A stretch of DNA of 64,000 nt, taken from positions 4,688-68,687 of the forward strand of contig JAGGZV010000051.1 in NCBI GenBank assembly GCA_021161835.1, read 5' to 3'. Source of the DNA: Thermotogota bacterium. Lineage in GTDB: Bacteria > Thermotogota > Thermotogae > UBA12178. Of this stretch, positions 57,030-64,000 are shown one piece after another. The position numbers and the translations under genes are program-made. The notes under the pieces were generated by a model. That model was not told the origin of the DNA and ran no database searches. It was given only the letters and a program-made list of their open reading frames with translations. Every line of letters begins with the position of its first letter. Position 1 is the stretch's first letter.

Positions 57030-57539
57030 GTGGTACATGTGGAGGAATTGATGGTCATGGTCGAGATACCCAAGGGGAGCAGGAATAAATACGAGTTTGA
57101 CAAGGAAAGAAAGGTGATAAAGTTCGATAGGATTCTGTTCTCCGCCGTTCATTATCCATGTGACTATGGTTTCATCCTGGACACCCTTGCCGAAGATGGC
57201 GATCCACTGGATGCCCTTGTGCTCGTATGGGAACCAACCTTTCCAGGGTGTTTGATAGATGTGAAACCCGTTGGTCTATTCAAGATGTGGGACGAAAAGG
57301 GAAGGGATGAGAAGATACTCTGTGTACCTCTGAAGGATCCACTCTGGAATTACATAGAGGATCTGAATGATGTTCCACCCCATCTTCTCAAAGAAATAGA
57401 GCATTTTTTCTCCATTTACAAAGAACTTGAGGAAAAGGTAACCGAAGTGGAGGGATGGGGCAGTAAAGCGGAGGCGATAGAAATAATAAAAAAGGCTCGT
57501 GAAAGGTACTCCATGAGTGTACGTGGGTCGGGGGAGTGA
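57030..57539 (+). CDS. ppa: Inorganic pyrophosphatase, family I
   Basis: VEIPKGSRNKYEFDK...YPCDYGFI...DGDPLDALVL...DEKIL. The start is uncertain (GTG 57030, ATG 57051 or 57057 after SD GGAGGA). Confidence 0.92.
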   Translation: MVHVEELMVMVEIPKGSRNKYEFDKERKVIKFDRILFSAVHYPCDYGFILDTLAEDGDPLDALVLVWEPTFPGCLIDVKPVGLFKMWDEKGRDEKILCVPLKDPLWNYIEDLNDVPPHLLKEIEHFFSIYKELEEKVTEVEGWGSKAEAIEIIKKARERYSMSVRGSGE

Positions 57540-58426
57540 TACACTTGTCGTACCTGTTGCTCGTGTTGTTTCTGGTTTTGCTGTGTCTGAATCTTGTGAT
57601 ACTCGTTCGATTGAAAAAGTTGAAAGTGGAATCTTCGATGATAGATGGAGCTGTACTGAAAGCGTGGAAAGAGTCGGGGCTGGACAGAAGACTCGGGGAG
57701 ATTTCCACTCATGCGGCGGAAATAAAGGAATTGCATAAATCCATCGAACAGATGCTGCGTGTTCCCTCGGAGCGGGGTTCTTTCGGTGAAATGGCACTGG
57801 AAACCATACTTGCAGACCAGCTTCCGCCCGATATGTACGGAATAAGGCAACGTGTTCTGGATGGTAGAATACCCGATGCTTTTATACGATCCACAGCGGG
57901 TATCATCTGCATAGACTCGAAATTTCCCTTGGATAACTACAGAAACATGTTGCAGGCCAGGGAGCCGAAAGAAGAGGAGAGTTACAGGAAGAGATTCTTG
58001 AGGAACGTTGAGGAGCATCTGAAAAAGGTTCTGAACGATTACGTGAAACCGGAAAAAGGAAGTGCAGATTTTGCATTCGTTTTCGTGCCATCTGAAGGCG
58101 TTTACTGGTTTCTGGTTAAGGAAGCTTTTGATCTTCTGCGCGAGTATTCCAAGAAGGGTGTGCAGCTCGTTTCACCTCTCACTCTCTCACACAAGATAGA
58201 GTTGATAAAAGCGGGTGTGCATGCCAGAAAACTTTCCGAGGAAGCGGAACAGGTAAAGAGGTATCTTCTTGAGCTCGCCAGGCATTTCGAAGAGCTAGAG
58301 AGAACCTGGAATGTGTTCTACAAAACCCATCTCAGGAACCTGACGAACAAGGCGGAAGAGTTGAAGAACGTGTACGATAAACTGAGCAGAAGTTTCGACG
58401 ATATAAGAAGAAACCTTCGCTCCTGA
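57536..58426 (+). CDS. rmuC: DNA recombination protein RmuC (short form)
   Basis: N-terminal TM, a coiled region, and the RmuC core ERGSFGEMALETILADQLP...DAFIRSTAGIICIDSKFPL...FAFVFVPSEGVY. Confidence 0.8.
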   Translation: MIHLSYLLLVLFLVLLCLNLVILVRLKKLKVESSMIDGAVLKAWKESGLDRRLGEISTHAAEIKELHKSIEQMLRVPSERGSFGEMALETILADQLPPDMYGIRQRVLDGRIPDAFIRSTAGIICIDSKFPLDNYRNMLQAREPKEEESYRKRFLRNVEEHLKKVLNDYVKPEKGSADFAFVFVPSEGVYWFLVKEAFDLLREYSKKGVQLVSPLTLSHKIELIKAGVHARKLSEEAEQVKRYLLELARHFEELERTWNVFYKTHLRNLTNKAEELKNVYDKLSRSFDDIRRNLRS

Positions 58427-58442
58427 TCAGGGGGAGTGTCCT

Positions 58443-59237
58443 GTGACATATAGGAGCGGGAGCAGAAAAGAGGAATGTTTGTGTAAAAAGCTCAAAAATT
58501 GTTATTGGGAAGAAGAGCTGCCATCTCATTTTATCAGATTGTTGCTGGATGAAGAGGAATGTGTCGCGTGTGTGGCGGGCCGTATGTTGGGGGAGAACAC
58601 CTTCGCTGTGACAGGGATAGCGTTTGAAGAAAAGGTTTCATTGATGCGCATGATGTATGAACTGCTCAGGGAGCTCTCGATGAAGGGTATTCCACGTGTG
58701 GAGTTACACGTGCCCTTGGAATTCTCCGAAAGCATGGGGTTTCGTATGGATGGAAGAGTTCGCATACGTGGCACCTGCCTCAATAGCAGGGTAGGCGTGG
58801 GTTATGATATACACCCTCTGGTTGCGGGTCGTCCGCTCATTGTGGGTGGGGAAAGAATAAAATCGGATTACGGAGCCCTTGGTCATTCCGACGGAGATGC
58901 TCTGTGCCACGCTATAATCGATGCCCTTTTGGGTGCGGCATCGATGGAAGATATAGGGACTCACTTTCCCGAAACGGACGAATTCAGGAACATCGAGAGT
59001 ACCAAACTTCTCAGAGAAACCGTCCGGAAATTGGAAACAAATGGATTCTTCATTGAAAGCGTGGACACCGTTGTGATACTTGCAGAACCCCGTCTAGGTC
59101 CTTACAGGGAAAGAATTATCCAGAACCTGCGGGAAATAATGAGATGTCCCGTTTCAATAAAGTTCAAAACCGGCAACGAACTGAAAGCACGAAAATGTAT
59201 AGAGTGCTATGCGGTGTCTCAGGTGAGCAGTTTGTGA
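58443..59237 (+). CDS. ispF: 2-C-methyl-D-erythritol 2,4-cyclodiphosphate synthase with N-terminal extension of about 115 aa
   Basis: The IspF core starts at about aa 116: RVGVGYDIHPL...GHSDGDALCHAIIDALLGAA...DIGTHFPETD. The N-terminal extension is Cys-rich and GNAT-like. Confidence 0.85.
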   Translation: MTYRSGSRKEECLCKKLKNCYWEEELPSHFIRLLLDEEECVACVAGRMLGENTFAVTGIAFEEKVSLMRMMYELLRELSMKGIPRVELHVPLEFSESMGFRMDGRVRIRGTCLNSRVGVGYDIHPLVAGRPLIVGGERIKSDYGALGHSDGDALCHAIIDALLGAASMEDIGTHFPETDEFRNIESTKLLRETVRKLETNGFFIESVDTVVILAEPRLGPYRERIIQNLREIMRCPVSIKFKTGNELKARKCIECYAVSQVSSL

Positions 59238-59873
59238 TCACGCTACCATTTCTCCGGGTACCATTTCCTCTTTCCATTCCTCGAATCCATTCATGACAAG
59301 TTGATAGGTTTCTTGGAGTATTTCGGGAAGGGGACTTCCCAGTTTTTCCCGTATCTCTTCAAAAGCTTTTTTCACGGCATCTTTTAGCAGATCTATTTTT
59401 GAAACGTCGTTGTTGGAAATGGATCTGGCGAATTTCAGTATACGCTTTGCCGTTTTCTCCGGGCTCCAGTATCCGCCAGGTTGAATGGCTTTGCGTGCCT
59501 GTGCCACCAGGCGTGCCATATCGGTTTTCTTTCTTTCTTCGTCCTCACCAAGTATTGCTTTCAGCATTTCGACGAATTCCTGAACGATTTTCTTCGCCTC
59601 TTCGAGCATTTTCTTCCACTCAGGTACCTCAGCTTGCGTGGGGAATTCAGGAAACTTCACGGCTTTGAGCTTCTCATACATGCCTGATAGTGCCAGTTTG
59701 GTGGAGTACGTTGTTCTCTCATACATCAAATGCGCTTCCTCGAGTTTGAAGGACAGATCCAGCTGAATATCACCATCTCTACTTTTGGTCAAATGGAGCT
59801 CGCCTTCCATGGCGATTCTGTGGTATTCCAACCCCACGTTTTCCCGTACAGCCTGAATCATCATCGCAACCAC
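59238..59873 (-). CDS. Hypothetical protein (211 aa, helical; possibly DUF5610-like)
   Basis: Clean ORF convergent with ispF (the stops abut as TGA|TCA). The GGYWSPEKTAKRILKFARSIS segment recalls DUF5610, but that is from memory only. Confidence 0.5.
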   Translation of the reverse strand: MVAMMIQAVRENVGLEYHRIAMEGELHLTKSRDGDIQLDLSFKLEEAHLMYERTTYSTKLALSGMYEKLKAVKFPEFPTQAEVPEWKKMLEEAKKIVQEFVEMLKAILGEDEERKKTDMARLVAQARKAIQPGGYWSPEKTAKRILKFARSISNNDVSKIDLLKDAVKKAFEEIREKLGSPLPEILQETYQLVMNGFEEWKEEMVPGEMVA

Positions 59874-59942
59874 CTCCGTGTGTTTTCTTCATTCACATTA
59901 TCGACGTGAAAAGCGAGAATTTTAAATGGTATCATTTTAAGT

Positions 59943-60515
59943 GTGAGAGCCTATCGGGAAAAGCATCTGGTACTGGTGTTGATCGTTCTAATTTTTTTGG
60001 GAATACTCTTCACGAACAGAGCCATCGTACGCGATGGTAAAGAAGAACCTGGCGATTTTCGTATGGTTCCTGAGGGTAAGGCTACCGTTTTTCCTCTGGA
60101 TATAAACGAGGCCGATATCGATGAATTGGTCCTTTTGCCAGGTATTGGAAAGGTCAAGGCCAAAGCCATTGTGAGATACAGGGAGGAAAACGGAGGATTT
60201 TCCAGGATAGAAGACCTTGTGAAAGTACCTGGCATAGGTGCGAAAACACTGGAAAAATTGAAACCTTATATAACAGTTTCGAAAGCTCCAGAGCGCGATA
60301 CCACGTTGGAGCGCCTGAAAGTGAATATAAATGAAGCTTCCATTGAAGAGCTTGAAACCCTTCCAGGCATAGGACCTGTGAAAGCGCGTGCGATAGTGGA
60401 ATATCGCAGGAAACGAGGAGGTTTCAAAAAGGTGGAAGAACTCCTGGAAGTTCCGGGAATAGGCCCGAAAACCCTCGAAAAGTTAAGACCTTATGTAGAG
60501 GTGGGCAAACATTGA
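59943..60515 (+). CDS. comEA: ComEA-family DNA receptor with two tandem helix-hairpin-helix modules
   Basis: N-terminal TM, then two copies of INEA.I.EL..LPGIG.VKA.AIV.YR...GGF...E.L..VPGIG.KTLEKL.PY..V. Confidence 0.85.
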   Translation: MRAYREKHLVLVLIVLIFLGILFTNRAIVRDGKEEPGDFRMVPEGKATVFPLDINEADIDELVLLPGIGKVKAKAIVRYREENGGFSRIEDLVKVPGIGAKTLEKLKPYITVSKAPERDTTLERLKVNINEASIEELETLPGIGPVKARAIVEYRRKRGGFKKVEELLEVPGIGPKTLEKLRPYVEVGKH

Positions 60516-61063
60516 GAAAAGCAGTCTTGTTGCACATATGTTGTGTTATCGATGCCATTCCCGCCGTTTATACACTCCGCGAATCGGGTTACATGGTTTG
60601 GGGATACTTTCATAACTCCAATATAATACCGGCTGAGGAATATGAAAGACGTCTGTACGATGTTCACAGGTTGGCCTTCGACTGGGATTTTCCTGTACTG
60701 ATTCCTCTCTACGATCCTGTGAGCTTTCTGCGAAACACCCGCAGTCTGTGGAGAGAACCCGAAAAGGGAAAGCGTTGCGAGGTGTGTATATATGCAAACC
60801 TGAGTGCCACCGCTTCGATGGCCGAACTCATGGGAATACCGTTCTTTGCCACAACTCTGACCGCCAGCCGTCACAAAGATCTGGATATCATCAACAGGTT
60901 GGGCAGAGAAGCTGGCAGCAGGTATGGTGTGAAATATCTGGAAAGTGCGTTTAGAAAAAAGGGCGGGCAGGTGCTGGCATCCAGAGTGGCGCGTGAAAAA
61001 GGTTTTTACAGACAGAACTACTGTGGATGCGTTTACTCTCTTAGGGAGCGGATCATGCGGTGA
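60512..61063 (+). CDS. queH: Epoxyqueuosine reductase QueH (DUF208)
   Basis: LLHICCVIDA, KGKRCEVC, FATTLTASRHKD and YRQNYCGC. Confidence 0.8.
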   Translation: MRKAVLLHICCVIDAIPAVYTLRESGYMVWGYFHNSNIIPAEEYERRLYDVHRLAFDWDFPVLIPLYDPVSFLRNTRSLWREPEKGKRCEVCIYANLSATASMAELMGIPFFATTLTASRHKDLDIINRLGREAGSRYGVKYLESAFRKKGGQVLASRVAREKGFYRQNYCGCVYSLRERIMR

Positions 61064-61344
61064 AACGTTTGATACAGTTCGTATCGCGTCTGGATGAGAA
61101 ATCTGGGATGGATTGGATCGTTTTTGACAGGCTTCTGAACATTCTGTACGGTGTGGCGGATGAGAAGTCCGTTTCTCTGGCGCAAACGGCTTTGAAGACA
61201 GGGATAATTGTGGAAGATGAGGATATACCAAAAAGGCTGGCCCTTCCATTCAGGGGATATGTAATTGTCATCAAAAACTTCCAGCTGAGCAGAAGAGAAT
61301 ATCTTCTGTTGCTTCAAAGCATGCTCGAAGGTCTGGATACATGA
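61060..61344 (+). CDS. Hypothetical small protein (94 aa)
   Basis: The GTG start overlaps the queH stop by 4 nt, and the gene ends 17 nt before birA. No motif recognised. Confidence 0.45.
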   Translation: MKRLIQFVSRLDEKSGMDWIVFDRLLNILYGVADEKSVSLAQTALKTGIIVEDEDIPKRLALPFRGYVIVIKNFQLSRREYLLLLQSMLEGLDT

Positions 61345-61361
61345 TTTGAGGAGCGAAAAGC

Positions 61362-62081
61362 GTGATAGGATCGCGATTGCTGGCATACGATGTAGTGGAA
61401 TCAACGAACGATCTTTTGAAATCGATGTCTTCCTTCACGCCACACGGTACGGTTGTATGGGCTCTGGAGCAAACCAGAGGAAGGGGCAGATTCGGTCGAA
61501 AGTGGTTCTCGCCAAAAGGTGGATTGTGGTTCTCGGTGCTCATCAAAGGTCGCAAAGGTTTGGCACCATATTACTATACTATGCTGTTTTCTCTATCGGT
61601 GATACGTTTTCTTGAAAAAGAAGGTGTGGAAGCTGGAGTTAAGTGGCCCAACGATATCTACATTGGCCACAAGAAGATAGGGGGTATACTGGTGGAGAGT
61701 GTGGAAGAAACGCGAAGTGTGCTGGTGGTTGGAGTAGGTTTGAACGTTAACAATCCCATACCTGATGAAATAAAAGAAAGGGCGATAAATCTCAGGGAGC
61801 TGGTTGGAAGAGAATATGCCTTGTCCAGTGTTTTAAAGGACATCTTGTCGTTTGCCGATAGGATGTATTCGCGTTACATTGTGGGCGATGAAAGGGAGTA
61901 TCTAACCATCATGTGGAAAAGAAAACAAATTCTCAAGAAAGGTGCCAAGATCCGGGTGAGGATAGGCATGGATGAAAAGACCATGGAAGCAGAATTACTG
62001 GAAGTGGAACCAACGGGTCTTCTGCTCGATATCGGAGGAGTATCCGAATTCTACTCTTTTGTGGAGGTAGTTGAATGGTGA
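61362..62081 (+). CDS. birA: Biotin--[acetyl-CoA-carboxylase] ligase, class I (no N-terminal HTH)
   Basis: GRGRFGRKWFSPKGGLWFS and KWPNDIYIGHKKIGGILVE. 239 aa. Confidence 0.9.
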   Translation: MIGSRLLAYDVVESTNDLLKSMSSFTPHGTVVWALEQTRGRGRFGRKWFSPKGGLWFSVLIKGRKGLAPYYYTMLFSLSVIRFLEKEGVEAGVKWPNDIYIGHKKIGGILVESVEETRSVLVVGVGLNVNNPIPDEIKERAINLRELVGREYALSSVLKDILSFADRMYSRYIVGDEREYLTIMWKRKQILKKGAKIRVRIGMDEKTMEAELLEVEPTGLLLDIGGVSEFYSFVEVVEW

Positions 62082-62902
62082 AATACAGGTTGGTGCTTCT
62101 TGATCTGGATGGAACGCTTCTAAATTCGTACAAGGAGATAAGTCGCAGGAATCGGGAAATACTGGAAGCGGTATTGAACAAGGGTATGAACGTAACAATA
62201 ATAACCGGGCGAAGTTATGTAGCTGCATGCGATTATGTGCATCAACTTGGAATAAAAACACTTGTGGTTTTTCAGAACGGTGCGCTCATATATGATTTCG
62301 GCAGGGAACAGGTGGTACACATTTCCCTTCTGGAAGGAAAAAAAGCTCTGCAAATCATAAGGCTCGGTAAATCCAGAGGTATGTATCCCGTGCTTTACGA
62401 AAACTTTTTTGAAGTTCCGGATATGGTCGTAGACAAATTCTACAGTGGTCCATATGCCCGGTACTTCGAAATGAACCGATGGAGAATGAGAATGGTTGAG
62501 AGCCTGGAAGATTATGCTGCAGGACTGGAGCATGTTGCGGAAGTGGCACTCGTGGGCGAAGAAAAAGGATTTGATTCGCTGAAAAACTTGAATAATGGGA
62601 TCAGTGTCGTGAAGAACAGTGTTCTGGAAGGGCATGCCTTCGTCGAGTTTTTTGGGCCTAATTCTTCCAAGGCACATGCTCTGCAGGTGCTTCTAAAATA
62701 CTTTGGAGTCGGCGAAGATGAGACCGTATTCATCGGCGATAATTTGAACGATATTTCCTTGATGAGAAGAGTGGGGCTTCCTGTGGCCATGGGTAACGCC
62801 GTGGAAGATGTGAAGAAGGTGGCAAGGTATGTAACCACTACCAACGACGAGGACGGTGTAGCATATGCTCTGGAACGCGTCTTGAGGGGTGAGTGGATAT
62901 GA
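62075..62902 (+). CDS. Cof-type HAD-IIB sugar phosphatase
   Basis: LVLLDLDGTLL, TIITGRSY and FIGDNLNDISLM...PVAMGNA. Confidence 0.85.
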   Translation: MVKYRLVLLDLDGTLLNSYKEISRRNREILEAVLNKGMNVTIITGRSYVAACDYVHQLGIKTLVVFQNGALIYDFGREQVVHISLLEGKKALQIIRLGKSRGMYPVLYENFFEVPDMVVDKFYSGPYARYFEMNRWRMRMVESLEDYAAGLEHVAEVALVGEEKGFDSLKNLNNGISVVKNSVLEGHAFVEFFGPNSSKAHALQVLLKYFGVGEDETVFIGDNLNDISLMRRVGLPVAMGNAVEDVKKVARYVTTTNDEDGVAYALERVLRGEWI

Positions 62903-64000
62903 ACGTTAGAATACCGCTTTCACGTCCGGAAATAAGCGATGAAGATGTGCAGGAAGTACTTAGAGTTTTACGTTCCCCATATCTGAGTTTTGGACCGTAT
63001 CTGGAAAAATTCGAGAAAGCCGTGGCAAATTATGTAGGAGTTGAATATGCCGTTGCGGTGAGTAGCGGCACCGCTGCTCTTCACTTGTTGGTGAAAATAG
63101 CGGGATTGGGGAAAGGGGATTTTATGTTGACGACCCCCTTTACTTTCGTTTCATCGGCCAACGTGGCTCTGTTCGAAGGGGCACTTCCCGTTTTCGCCGA
63201 TATCGATATCGCTACTTTCAACATTGATCCGCAGGCAGTTGAAGATCTTTTTTCGCGTGTGAAAAAGGGCAGGGTTGAAATAGGAGGAAAAAGGGTGGAC
63301 CGTATAAAGGTGTTTATGGGTGTGGATATATTCGGACAACCGGTGGATTGGGACAGGTTGGGAAGGCTGTGCGTGGAGAATGATGTGGTGATGATCGAAG
63401 ATGCCTGTGAAGCCCTTGGAGCGGAATACAAGGGCAAAAAGATAGGAGCTTTCGGGCTCGGAGGAGCTTTCGCTTTCTATCCCAACAAGCAGATAACCAC
63501 AGGTGAAGGCGGTATCATTCTGACCGGTCATGAGCGCGTTTTCAGGGAGGCCAGAAGTCTGAGAAATCAGGGTCGTGGTGAAGGCAAGGAATGGTTGCTT
63601 CATATCAGATTGGGGTACAACTATAGAATGGATGAAATGTCTGCTGCTCTGGGGTTTTCGCAATTGAAGCGTATAGACGATATCCTCGAAAAGCGCAGGA
63701 AGGTTGCTGAAAGGTACAACACCATGTTGTGCGATTCACCCATCGAACCTCTGAAAATTTCAGATTTCACTACCAGGATGAGCTGGTTCGTTTATGTGGT
63801 GAAATTACCCAAGGGTGTGAACAGAGATCGCATGATGGAGTATCTGGAGAAGCAAGGTATTCAAACACGGCCTTACTTTCAGTGTGTGCATCTCCAGCCG
63901 TTCTACAGGAAGATGGGATACCATGAAGGTATGTGCCCTGTGGCGGAGGAGGTATCCAGAAGAACTCTGGCTCTACCATTCTACAATACGATTACTCTTG
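62899..64000 (+). CDS. DegT/DnrJ/EryC1/StrS-family PLP-dependent sugar aminotransferase (3'-truncated by window edge)
   Basis: Not in the ORF track because it is open-ended. Hand translation gives MNVRIPLSRPEISDEDVQEVLRVL...AVAVSSGTAALHL...FAFYPNKQITTGEGGIIL...LRNQGR. The ATG overlaps the Cof stop. Confidence 0.85.
   Translation, partial: MNVRIPLSRPEISDEDVQEVLRVLRSPYLSFGPYLEKFEKAVANYVGVEYAVAVSSGTAALHLLVKIAGLGKGDFMLTTPFTFVSSANVALFEGALPVFADIDIATFNIDPQAVEDLFSRVKKGRVEIGGKRVDRIKVFMGVDIFGQPVDWDRLGRLCVENDVVMIEDACEALGAEYKGKKIGAFGLGGAFAFYPNKQITTGEGGIILTGHERVFREARSLRNQGRGEGKEWLLHIRLGYNYRMDEMSAALGFSQLKRIDDILEKRRKVAERYNTMLCDSPIEPLKISDFTTRMSWFVYVVKLPKGVNRDRMMEYLEKQGIQTRPYFQCVHLQPFYRKMGYHEGMCPVAEEVSRRTLALPFYNTITL

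Noticed and set aside
59235-59240. The stop codons of convergent ispF and the minus-strand hypothetical gene abut to form the palindrome TGATCA.
   Set aside because: This is a curiosity of a compact genome. There is no additional structure (no hairpin or repeat) to suggest function.
1-64000. I looked for CRISPR arrays, IS elements or transposases, integrases, phage genes, toxin-antitoxin pairs and known defence-system genes.
   Set aside because: I noticed no direct-repeat/spacer periodicity, no terminal inverted repeats flanking ORFs, and no recombinase, nuclease or ATPase signatures of defence systems. Gene content is housekeeping throughout. This was a by-eye scan, so short or degenerate repeats could have been missed.

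Overview
This 64-kb window reads as a compact core chromosomal segment of a Thermotogota-like thermophilic bacterium. That assignment is an inference from gene content and order, strong GGAGG Shine-Dalgarno sites, many GTG/TTG starts and 1-4 nt gene overlaps; no database search was possible.

Layout:
- 1-15.4 kb: the 3' part of the S10 operon plus complete spc and alpha ribosomal operons (rplC to rplQ, including secY-adk-map-infA-rpmJ), then rpmE and an S1-domain gene, ending at a clear hairpin terminator.
- 15.5-18.5 kb: a DUF523 gene, a minus-strand NatAB-like ABC exporter whose permease is split in two, and a GAF / free-Met-sulfoxide-reductase-like gene.
- 18.5-30 kb: a consensus sigma70-type promoter followed by a long plus-strand gene chain. 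It holds an Opp/Dpp-family ABC importer (binding protein, two atypical permeases, two ATPases), three uncharacterised envelope proteins and dprA.
- 30-64 kb: a minus-strand pair of unknown function, then hisS, DUF4912 + GH57 branching enzyme, porGDAB, a PpiD-like PPIase, an HD-GYP protein, glyQS, CBS-ACT, uppP, an MBL hydrolase, glgA, a galT-like gene, a TPR protein, apgM, a short comEC, fur (minus), tRNA-Ala(CGC), a methyltransferase, HAD, a DHH phosphoesterase, a ZnuA-like binding protein, ppa, rmuC, extended ispF, a minus-strand hypothetical, comEA, queH, a small ORF, birA, a Cof hydrolase and a 3'-truncated DegT-type aminotransferase.

I saw no rRNA, CRISPR array, transposase, integrase, prophage or recognisable defence genes. 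Most of the window is ordinary housekeeping DNA.

The least explained parts are:
1. A sliding-clamp-like 349-aa ORF abutting, with no spacer, a stand-alone MetH-reactivation-like domain gene (30080-31747).
2. An OppC-type permease with an insertion of about 610 aa, flanked by a duplicated GTDPHxRD motif (22230-24120).
3. Three envelope ORFs wedged between the ABC importer and dprA (26798-29030).

All three are hypotheses that need profile or structure searches.
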